This document shows positions 24,392-34,444 of a DNA stretch of 38,657 nucleotides, piece by piece. Each line of letters opens with the position of its first letter. Within the stretch, counting starts at the first letter, position 1. The notes beneath the pieces are model-generated. The model saw only the letters and a list, made by a program, of their open reading frames with translations, was not told the origin of the DNA and searched no databases. The stretch spans positions 8,352,956-8,391,612 of the forward strand of contig NC_057758.1 of assembly GCF_004010195.1 (NCBI RefSeq), in the 5' to 3' direction. The position numbers and the translations under genes were made by a program. This stretch comes from Chiloscyllium plagiosum (lineage: Eukaryota).

Positions 24392-24894
24392 ACACTTAAA
24401 CTCATACCTTTGCCCTATCAAATGTGTATCCCTCCTGACTGACTCTCTACGTTCTACTCCTGCCTGTTCAACAACTACCTTCTCCTCTGATCTGTACCTC
24501 TGCTTCCCATCCCCCTGCAAAACTGTTTTAAACCCTGGCAAAGGGCTTTTGTAAATATCCCGGTCACGGCATTGGGACTCCTCTAATTTAAATGTCACCC
24601 GTCTTTTATACATAGAGGTCCCAATTTCTTTAGAAAGTACCCTAATGATCTCCATATCCGAAGCCCTCCCATCTTCCACCAGCACTGTGGCCACGTGTTT
24701 CGTTGCACTCCCCCCATTCCTCACCGCACCAACGCCTCCACGCATTCAGACCTGGAACGAAGGTAACCACCACTGTGCCATCACCTCCTGAATTCGTCAT
24801 CTACTTGCCAAGATTTGGTGGTTCAGGCCGAGAAATCCTGTGTCCATTTTTACTGTTGTATTTTGATTCGCTTCTCCCATTAAATAACCTTATT

Positions 24895-25290
24895 TTGTTG
24901 CACTGCACCGTGTCTGGATGCAGCTCCGCTCAGGCCATGTGGATCGATTGAAGATAAAGTTTGAAGCATTGAGGAACGTACAGGAGACAACGAATGTGAT
25001 GCATAGTACTTTAGGAGGGTGTTCATATCACATTTACCTTACGGGTACATTGGTGATCGTCAGGAGAGGTAGCATGTAGTTCAGGACACCCCTGTGACTA
25101 TTCCCCCTCTCGCACAAGTATACCGATCCATATACTATTTCGGGTGGCAGGGGGCGGGAGTGCGGTTGGTAGTGGTAGTGGTGTTAGCGTCTCGGGGAAA
25201 ATGGCAGCAGCAGCCTTGTCTTTGGTACCAGGACTGGCTCTGCTCTGTGGTAATGTATTAGCGAGCAGTTGTGAATTGGGAATTTCAGTT
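24895..25290 (+). mobile_element. CR1 ORF1 N-terminal segment, inverted relative to the adjacent CR1
   Basis: CTVSG/WMQLRSGHVDRLKIKFEALRNVQETTNVMHST..VVQDTPVTIP/LSHKYT resembles the zinc-finger/leucine-zipper and linker region of CR1 ORF1. Confidence 0.7.
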
Positions 25291-25797
25291 TGGAGCACAG
25301 ACAAACTTCTGCATTCGTGATTGAATCTTCAGAATGATGTTTCACCTTCATGGGGACGGGAGCAAGGCCGCCTAGAAGCGGTTGCAGAATATCTTCAAAA
25401 GATAGCGCGAGCTTCTGGAAATCAGTGTCAACATAAGTAAAACGACATAAATTGGATAGGGGGTACATTCCTGCAGATTTAGGCCGGAAGTTTATAGAAT
25501 CGTTAAAGCTGTAACAGGTGAGAAAGTTTTTAACCATTACCAAGCATGAAGCAGCAAGTCAAGATACGCAGAACTCTTAATCGTTGTTACATTTTCAGAA
25601 GTCAGCATCTTCTTAGCTCACAGGAATGTGTAACTGTGTGTACATGCACAGGAGAACATAAACACTGTTATGGAAGATAGATGCACCATGTAAATACAGT
25701 GAAGCTGATTTGACCCCAATGTGGTTACATGCTCCTACCGAAAGCTTTCAAATAAACTGCATCTAGTTCCTGTGTACATCACAGGAAAATATAAACA

Positions 25798-28310
25798 AAT
25801 ATAAATATCGACGGCATAGATGGAAAGGAATTTCTTAAGTGTGTACTAGACAATTTTCTGATTCAGTATGTGGATGCACTTACTAGAAAAGATGCAAAAC
25901 TTGGAAAACTCTTGGGAAATAAGGCAGGGCAGGTGACTGAGGTGTCAATGGGGGAGCACTTTGGGGCCAGCCACCATAATTCTATTCGTTTTAAAATAGT
26001 GATGGAAAAGGAGAGACCAGATCTAAAAGTTGAAGTTCTACATTGGAGAAAGTCCAATTTTGACGGTATTAGGCAAGAACGTTCGAAAGCTGATTGGAGG
26101 CAGATGTTTACAGGTAAAGGGACGGCTGGAAAATGGGAAGCCTTCAGAAAAGAGATAACAAGATTAGGCAAGAACGTTCGAAAGCTGATTGGAGGCAGAT
26201 GTTTACAGGAGAAGGGACGGCTGGAAAATGGGAAGCCTTCAGAAAAGAGATAACAAGAATCCACAGAAAGTGTATTCTTGTCAGGGTGAAAGGGAATGGT
26301 GGATGACTAAAGAAATTGAGGGGTTGGTTAAAAAAAGAAGGATTCATATGTCAGGTATAGACAGGATAGATCCAGTGAATCCTTAGAAGAGTATAAAGGA
26401 AGTAGGAGTATACTTCAGAGGGAAATCATGAGGGGAAAACGGCGACATGAGATAGCTTTGGCAAATAGACCAAAAGAGAATCCAAAGGGTTTTTACAAAC
26501 ATATTAAGGACAAAAGGGTAACGAGGGAGATAATATGGCCCCTCAAAGATCAGCAAGCCGGCCTTTGTGTGGAGCCACAAAAAATGGGGGAGATATTAAA
26601 TGAATATTTTGCATCAGTTTTACTGTGGAAAAGCATATGGAAGATACAGATTGGAGGGAAATAAATAGTGACCTGTTGCAAAATGTCCAGATTACACAGG
26701 AGGAAGTGCTGGATGTCTTGAAACGGTTAAGGGTGGATAAATCCCAAGGATCTGATCAGGTGTAGCCGAGAACTCTGTGGGAAGCTAGAGAAGTGATTGC
26801 TGGGCCTCTTGCTGAGATATTTGTATCATCGATAGTCACAGCTGAGGTGCTGGAAGACTGAAGGTTGGCAAACGTCGTGCCACTGTTTAAGAAGGGCGGT
26901 AAAGAGAAGCCAGGGAACTATAGACCGATGAGCCTGACCTTGATTGTGGGCAAGTTGTCGGAGGGATTCCTGAGGGACAGGATGTACATGTGTTTGGAAA
27001 GGCAAGGACTGATTCGGACAGTCAACTTGGCTTTGTGCGTTGGATATCATGTCTCACAAACTTGATTGAGTTTTTTGAAGAGTAACAAAGAAGATTCATG
27101 AAGGCAGAGCAGTACATGTGATGAATATGGACTTCAGTAAGGCGTTCGACAAGGTTCCCCATTGGAAACTGATTAGCAAGGTTAGATCTCATGGAGTACA
27201 GGGAGAACTAGCCATTTGGATACAGAACTGGCTCAAAGGTAGAAGACAGAGGGTGGTGGTGGAGGGTTGTTTTTCAGACTGGAGGCGTGTGACCAGTGGA
27301 GTGCCACAAGGATCGGTGCTGTGTCCTCTACTTTTTGTCATTTACATAAATGATTTGGATACGAGCATAAGAGGTAAAGTTAGTAGGTTTGCAGATGACA
27401 CCAAAATTGGAGGTGTAGTGGATAGCAAAGTGGCTTACCTCAGATTGCAACAGGATCTGGACCAGATGGGAAATGGGCTGAGAACTGGCAGATCGAGGTT
27501 AATTCAGATAAATGCGATGTGCGGCATTTTGCGAAATCTTAGCAGGGCTTATACACTTAATGGTAAGGTCCAAGAGAGTGTTGCTGGACAAAGAGACCTT
27601 GGAGGGCAGATTTATAGCTCCTTGAAAGTGGAGTCGCAGGTAGATAGGATAGTGAAGAAGGCGGTTGGTATGCTTTCATTTATTGGTCAGTGTATTGAGT
27701 ACAGTGAATTGTGAGGACATGTTGCGGCTGTACAGGACATTGGTTAGGCCACTGTTGGAATGCTGCGTGCAATTCTGGTCTCCTTCCGATCGGAAAGGTG
27801 TTGTGAAACATGAAAGGGTTCAGAAAAGGTTTACAAAGATGTTGCCAGGTTTGGAGGATCTGAGCTACAGTGAGAGGCTGAACAGGCTGGGGCTGCTTTC
27901 CCTGGAGCGTCAGAGGATGAGGGGTGACCTGATAGAGGTTTACAAAATTATGAGGGGCATGGATAGGACAAAGAGACAAAGTCTTTTCCCTGGGGTCGGG
28001 GAGTCCAGAACTAGAGGGCATAGGTTAAGGGTGACAGAGGAAAGATATAAAAGAGACCGAAGGGGAATCATTTTCACGCAGAGGGCGGTACGTGTATGGA
28101 ATGAACTGCCAGAGGAACTGGTGGATGCTGGTACAATTCCAACATTTAGGAGGCATTTGGATTGGTAAATGAATAGAAGGGGTTTGGAGAGATTTGGGCC
28201 GGGTGCTGGCAGGTGGGACTAGATTGTGTTGGGATATCTGTTCGGCCATCGACGTGTTGGACCGAACGGTCTGTTTCCATGCTGTGCATCTCTATGACTC
28301 TAAGAATCTA
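25798..28310 (+). mobile_element. Best-preserved CR1 (HER1-like) LINE, 5'-truncated within the endonuclease
   Basis: IQYVDALTRKDAKL, ILNEYFASV, ANVVPLFKKGGKEKPGNYRPMSLT, MDFSKAFDKVPH, SGVPQGSVLCPLLF, FADDTK and LVRPLLECCVQFWSP, with tail tctatgactctaagaatcta. Several frameshifts. Confidence 0.95.
26068..26257 (+). repeat. 95-bp tandem duplication inside CR1 ORF2
   Basis: 26068-26162 and 26163-26257 are identical except caggTAaaggg versus caggAGaaggg. Confidence 0.95.
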
Positions 28311-30041
28311 CGGGTATGGAAGATAGATGCACCATGTAGCTATAGTGTAGCTGGCTTGACCCCAATGTCGTCACATGTTCCTACCGAAAGCTTTCAAATA
28401 AACTGCATCTGGTTCACTGCTAACTTCGTTTTATTCATATACCTGCAGCATATGTATTCCAGTAAGCATGGAATCGATGATAGAAAACTCTATGGAATCC
28501 CCTATCTCCCTCCTTAATTTCATGATGACTACTAGATACCTCTACTATATGGCTTTGCAATCTGAAAATGATTCTGACTGTTTACTTCCTTTCCAGACAC
28601 ATGTCAGCTGTACCGTATCATTGACTAGTAACGTAAATAGTCGCGTTTCACTGAGAACTAATCCAAATTCTGTACTAACCTTATATGTTAGATTTGGAAG
28701 AATATTAATTTTAACCAATTATTGAGAAAGTTATATCAGCGTACATTGGGATTCACAAAGTACTACAGCACAACGATGTCGCAATTCTATATTTTGTGAT
28801 CTGTCATTTCACTCTTCCCTTCATTTGATGACTTTTTCAATGATCTGCATATGTACGCAAATTTACTCTCGCTCAGTCGTGACCAACTCTTTTTGCAATG
28901 TATTCAGTGTGGTTTTTTTTGGGTCGTGTCACAACATTTACTATTTTATCTTCTCTCAAAATTGCCTCGGAGCATTTATTCAAGATCCAAAGTTTCACAT
29001 TGATTTCACATAGATTGGAAAATGCAGAAATTGTTTAAATGTCAAAATTTTACCACGAAATATTTGCAAGATTCTGGAATATCTCAGGCAGGGAAGCCTC
29101 AAACGGGGGGAAAATCTAGTTTCATTTTGAAATGATAAAGTCTTCGATACATCAAAATGCATCAGTATTCCGATATCCCAGGTATCCCAGACACTCCTGC
29201 AACAGAATGCTGTCTGACCCGTTTTGCTTTTCCCACGGCACAGTTGCTTTCTCCATTGATCTGTTTGTACGAATCTGCTACCAGAAACGAAATCAAAATA
29301 CTTCACCGAGAAAACATAACCCGATGATTGTAACTGGGAACCTTGTTAATTGATTGAGGCCCCTCACGTGGTACTTTCTTTTGTTCCTACAGTAATTATT
29401 GGCGAAGTTCCATAGCTTTGGAAGCAGACTCATAACTATTTCACTTTAGCATTTAAGATAGCACATGAGTGAGTTGGCAGTCTTCTAACGTCTGTGCTTC
29501 CTATGATTTAAATTTTCTTGTTCAATGTTACGAATGCTAGTTATATTTTCACAGCCAAACGATTCCACAGTGTTTTCCATGGTCACGGAAAGTAAAAGGA
29601 AAATTATCTTGGAACTGAAATAAAGAATTGAATGAAAATTGTAATCTTCGCTTTGTCCTCCAATTTAATGCCATTGTGGTCAACTTATGTTGTGCATTCT
29701 ATCGACTGCTCTGATGAGAAATTAGTCGTAAAGAGAAAAAAAAGCGATTCCTCATATGTGCCCAAAATTTGTGATTCATGCTTCAGTTTCTGAGTGGACG
29801 AATGAATAAGTGCAAATTCGATCTAACCCAAAAAACGTGCAGAGAGGAATTAGAGAATGTCATGAATACCAACCTGCTATGTCTTCTACACTTCTGAAAT
29901 GAGAATTAAAGCTATATATTTTGGAATGCTGTTACATATTCTGCTTTTTAATATTTAATCGTGGACTGCTGCTGCATGTTCATTGCAATGCGACATCTTC
30001 CTCAGCATATGATCAGAATAGTTTCATTTTATATAGTAAAC

Positions 30042-30120
30042 AATCCCACGACACCAGGCTATAGTCCAACAGGTTTATTTGCAAGTACAATCTTTCAGAG
30101 CGCGGCTCCTTCGTCAGAGA
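30042..30120 (-). mobile_element. Penelope-like 3' tail with hammerhead core and poly(A) signal
   Basis: Minus strand: CTGACGA-A-GGAGC(cgc)GCTCT-GAAA-gattg...AATAAAcctgttggactatagcctggtgtcgtgggatt. Confidence 0.7.
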
Positions 30121-30284
30121 TGCTTTACAAACACCAGAAACACTACATCAGCTCTTTTCAAATATATTGTTAACCAAGACTTTGTAAGTCTTCACGCTCA
30201 CAGTGCAGAACGCAATTCAAATATGTCTCTTCACAAGCAAAGTCCAATGAGGTTCTAAAAATAAAGGAAATAAACTATATAGGA

Positions 30285-30486
30285 TGGCGATCTGGAATAA
30301 AAATAGAAATTGCTGGACAAAATCCACAAATCTGACACAACCTGTTGGAAGCATGTGGAGTTAAACTTTTGAGTAGAGAGCCACCTCCAGAATGGTTCTG
30401 ATTAACGACTCGAAACGTCAACTCTACTTCTTTCCGACAGATGACACATCACCAGTGAATTTCTGCAGCGGTTTATTTTATTTTTG
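30285..30486. repeat. Old hairpin mini-element with hammerhead-like remnant
   Basis: Ends are inverted (aataaaaatagaaattgctgga / tctgcagcggtttattttatttt) around a central tCTGAttaacgactcGAAACGTCaac. The left arm recurs on the minus strand at about 31940-31992. Confidence 0.5.
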
Positions 30487-30764
30487 ATTAGTTGAGAATC
30501 CATCACCCTTTTGCACGCACATATGATACTTTCTGGATAAAGATCTCCAACAATCGATGATATTCATGAGTTTTTATACCGCTCCTCCGTCATATCGAGA
30601 TTGGTGCAAAGTAGAATGCTGAACAACCAATTTAAAATTGACCATAAAATAGCAGTATTAACAATGCATGTATTCCACACAGTTCTACGAATAGACTAAA
30701 TTGTGGATGTCAGATTCTGTGCTTTGAAAAAAGTTGGGTTGATATTTACATTTGGATGTGACAG

Positions 30765-30860
30765 AACTTGGAAGGATTTCAGCCAAATATTTTGACACTC
30801 CTGCTCATCCGATGCTGTCTGACCTGCTGTGCTTTTGCACCTTCACATTTTTATTTGTCT
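30765..30860 (+). repeat. Penelope-tail fragment
   Basis: ctcctgctcatccgatgctgtctgacctgctgtgctttt matches 14797-14835 and 1161-1198. Confidence 0.65.
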
Positions 30861-31074
30861 CTGGCTTCCATTATCTACACTATTTCCTGCCTTCCAGTTA
30901 ACCCCAGGTGTCAGTCTCCAATTCTACAACAAACTTATATTCATTCTGCTGACTCTACCCAATGCATGGTCATTGTTTCGGAATTTTTGGACTCCGTGAA
31001 ATTGTCTCAGCTGCCCTGTTGGATGTCTGGCTTTCTTAAGCTGTACATCGCTCATTCCTAACATAATCTTTGCT

Positions 31075-31580
31075 CACAGAACATAGAACAGTGCAGCACA
31101 TGTCAGACCTTCGGCCCTCGATGTTGTGTCAGCCTTTTATCCTACTGTAAGCTGAGACAAAACTACATATCCTTCATTGTACTAGCTTCCACCTGTCAAT
31201 TCATAGTCTCTTAAAAGGAACTAATGTATATGACTCAAATACCACTACTGGCAGCGACAATTCTCTGTGTCAGGAACCTAGTCTGGCATTTCCCCTAATC
31301 CTACCTCCAATCACCTTAACATTATTCCCTCTTGTTATCGAAATTTCTGCCATTGTAAGAGCTCTTTGGCTATCCAACCTATCTATGCCTTTCAACGTAT
31401 TGTACACCTCTATAAAGTCACCTCTCATCCTTCTTCACTCCAATAACGAAAGTCCGATCTCGGTCAACCTTTTTTTTTATAAGACATGCCCTCCAGCCAG
31501 GCAGCATCCTAGTAACTCTGCTCTGGACCCTCTCTAAGGCTACCTCATATTTTCCACAATAAGGCCACAGAACTCAATTC
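31075..31580 (-). mobile_element. CR1 LINE 3' end
   Basis: cagaacatagaacagtgcagcaca...ccttcggccctcgatgttgtg is colinear with 21625-22110 and 34450-34950. Confidence 0.85.
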
Positions 31581-32319
31581 GATTTCAATCTGGAAATTGT
31601 TCCTGGGGAGCTGCTGTTCTTTGTCTCAAACTTTCTGTAACGTTTGATCAACTTATTGTCTGTGACTCACTCCAGGTTATCTGCTGTTCCAGATAAATGG
31701 CATCCTAATCCCGTTGATAAGTCTCCAGATTCTATCTCGTGTCAGAATGTATCTTATTAAATCTATAAACGACCATCATCCCTTTGTGAAGGATTCAGCA
31801 GAATACCACAAGACCAGAAAAACGGACAGTATTAATTGAGACATGAAAACTTAATCAGAGCAGATTCAAAGTGTCCAGTGACAATAATAGGAATAAAAGA
31901 GAAATAAAGAGAATATGTATGCGTGTCCATTTAACAACGTAACAGATTTGTGGATCTTCCCCAGCAATTTTTATCTTTATTCCGGATCTCCACGCTGTAT
32001 AGTTTATTTCCTTTCTTTTGACATCGTGTACAGCAGGGGATAACCACAGAGTATTAGCATTTGGTCTGAAGTATTTAACTGAACAGGTAATTGTGAAGTA
32101 CTTACATGAATCGGTCCGTTTCAAGTACTTGTCAATAAATTCATAATTGCACCCTGCCAATGTTAGACATATCAATGAATTGATCATTGCATCGGATAAA
32201 TGTTAGACTGAAAACTTCATCCAGTAAATATTAAACCTTTTAATGTGTTGATACCTGTATCCTGAAAATGTTGATATTACTAATGAGCAGTCTGTTTTAC
32301 TATGCCATGATGTAGAGTT

Positions 32320-32640
32320 GCCTGTGTTGGAAGAGGGTGGGCAAAATTATAATTCACATAACCCTGTGTTATCGTCCAACAGGTCCACCTGATAATAGAA
32401 ACTTTCAGAGCGCCTCACACCCATCAGCTACCGAATGGTGTAGGACCGCAGGTCACAAAACTCAAGCAAAAAATCTAGATGTCACACAACTGATGCGATG
32501 CATCGAATAAACCCAGACGTCCATCAAGTCTCCAGTCGCCTAGAATGGGGATGCAAGTCTCGACCTATCAATACAGATATCCTAGAACTTCCTTCATGTT
32601 GCATTTCATATGCTAACAATTCCGTTGCAAGTTTTGTGCT
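32320..32640 (-). mobile_element. Degraded Penelope-like 3' fragment of the same family as 30042-30120
   Basis: gtgttatcgtccaacaggt...ctttcagagcgc...catcag aligns by eye with 30055-30117. The right boundary is uncertain. Confidence 0.5.
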
Positions 32641-33538
32641 GTCAGGTTGCTGTCTGCAAAATCGACAATTCCTATATGTCATTTAATTTAATTGCACGAG
32701 GACTCGTTTGAATGTCATAGGATTATGGTCAATTTTATGGTCAAAGATATGATGTAAATGAAATGTGTCAATCTATCAATTGAACTTGTTCGCTACAATA
32801 AAACATCTTATAACAAACATTTCACTCTTGGTGATAAATGTAACTGGTCCTGACACAATGACTATCGAGATATGTTTACTTAGCATCAATATGCAAATAT
32901 GTTGGACTTGAATGTCGATCACAATTCAGAGCTAATCGTTTAAGATAGTTTTCTCTTTTTTTTGAACAGTGCCAGGGAACCTGCAACAGCCCCTCTCTTT
33001 CACCCAGTGATGATACAACCTGATGAATATCTGCCCATTTCTCATCTGCTAAAAATCTGGTGGTCTCCACTTCCTCACAAAGATTTTATTTCAAACATCG
33101 TAGCATTCTGGGATATGCACAGATTATTCTTCAGTGAATGTTTTTTGATACAAATACTTTAGTCTTTCATTGTTATGTTGTATCCCAGCTAACATCGCTG
33201 AACTAATCATAATCACTTTGTCCTCCATCTGTCGTTGTTTGTTTTTATTCTCCACGATTTGTTCAAATGTAATTTCTGATAACTGAATGTCAAATGCTTT
33301 AATCCTGTGCTTTCATTTGTCATTCTGTTTCGTCATGTGGTTTTGTGAATTTGTTACCAGTGAGTTACGAATCTCGGGATAAATTGCTTGTAACATCCAA
33401 ATTGTCTGATGTTCCTCTGACGTTTCAACTAAAGAATGAAAAAACCCATCTGTGATCTACCTATACCATTAACAAATACAAACAAAATTTCCAGAACAGA
33501 GAATTTATCGAAATTACCTAACACCGCTTCAAAATATT

Positions 33539-34038
33539 NNNNNNNNNNNNNNNNNNNNNNNNNNNNNNNNNNNNNNNNNNNNNNNNNNNNNNNNNNNNNN
33601 NNNNNNNNNNNNNNNNNNNNNNNNNNNNNNNNNNNNNNNNNNNNNNNNNNNNNNNNNNNNNNNNNNNNNNNNNNNNNNNNNNNNNNNNNNNNNNNNNNNN
33701 NNNNNNNNNNNNNNNNNNNNNNNNNNNNNNNNNNNNNNNNNNNNNNNNNNNNNNNNNNNNNNNNNNNNNNNNNNNNNNNNNNNNNNNNNNNNNNNNNNNN
33801 NNNNNNNNNNNNNNNNNNNNNNNNNNNNNNNNNNNNNNNNNNNNNNNNNNNNNNNNNNNNNNNNNNNNNNNNNNNNNNNNNNNNNNNNNNNNNNNNNNNN
33901 NNNNNNNNNNNNNNNNNNNNNNNNNNNNNNNNNNNNNNNNNNNNNNNNNNNNNNNNNNNNNNNNNNNNNNNNNNNNNNNNNNNNNNNNNNNNNNNNNNNN
34001 NNNNNNNNNNNNNNNNNNNNNNNNNNNNNNNNNNNNNN
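33539..34038. other. Assembly gap of exactly 500 N
   Basis: Run of N. The round length suggests a scaffolding placeholder. Confidence 0.99.
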
Positions 34039-34258
34039 CATCTAATAAACAAATCCATGGATGCAATGGGCAATTTGACATGACCATCCACCTAACGGGC
34101 ACATCTGTGGACTGTGAGAACGAACCTGAGCACCTGGAAGGAAACCCATGCAGACACGGGGAGAATGTCCAAACTCTGCACAGACTGTCACCCGAAGATG
34201 TAATCGCGCCTGGGTCCCTGGCACTGTGATGCAGGAGTGCTAACCACTGAGCCATCCC
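34039..34258 (-). mobile_element. tRNA-derived V-SINE (HE1-like), 3' end lost in the gap
   Basis: A-box TGGCTCAGTGG and V-domain agtttggacattctccccgtgtctgcatgggtttcc...cacagtccacagatgtgc. Confidence 0.9.
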
Positions 34259-34444
34259 TATAAACTCCATTCCCTCACTGATGGTATCTGACTCATTATT
34301 ATCATATGGACCAAGATACAGTGAAAAGTATTGTATTGCATGCTAAACAGACAAATCATATCTTCCATATATACCTTATACTAAGAGAACAGAATGCAGA
34401 ATCCTGTTTTACAGCTACAGAGAGGATGCAGAGAATGACCAAAT

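Larger units (their letters stand above)
21625..24890 (-). mobile_element. Long decayed CR1 LINE with internal deletions and a Penelope insertion
   Basis: 3' tail aacatagatgatagaac at about 21625, RLHLETYIQFWS, DFSQASDKVLH (about 22720-22750), WREATVV, LDVPGFKYFKKNR (EN), and ORF1 esterase remnants at 24540-24890. Confidence 0.9.
25637..28416 (+). repeat. 134-bp tandem duplication whose second unit is split by a CR1 insertion
   Basis: Unit 1 is 25637-25770. Unit 2 is 25771-25797 plus 28311-28416 (tatggaagatagatgcaccatgta...cctaccgaaagctttcaaataaactgcatct). Confidence 0.85.

Noticed and set aside
24176..24745. 189-aa minus-strand ORF as a novel gene
   Set aside because: Chance read-through of decayed CR1 ORF1 into the antisense strand of the Penelope insert.
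25700..25762. Hammerhead in the 134-bp unit (ctga...cgaaagct...aataaa)
   Set aside because: No CUGANGA box and no stem II pairing.
27118..28168. Active or domesticated reverse transcriptase
   Set aside because: 5'-truncated with multiple frameshifts and stops; an ordinary dead CR1.
25669..28416. LTR retrotransposon or giant TSD suggested by flanking direct repeats
   Set aside because: The interior is CR1 with its own tail, there are no TG..CA ends, and a split tandem duplication explains the repeats.
29375..29425. Strong splice-acceptor-like tract ttcttttgttcctacag
   Set aside because: No recognisable coding exon follows; the phase-1 frame stops within a few codons.
34180..34258. tRNA gene (also 13270-13340)
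   Set aside because: The A/B boxes run directly into a SINE V-domain, and no full cloverleaf is evident.
33429..34270. Long ORFs of 170-250 aa in the track
   Set aside because: Artefacts of translating through the 500-N gap.
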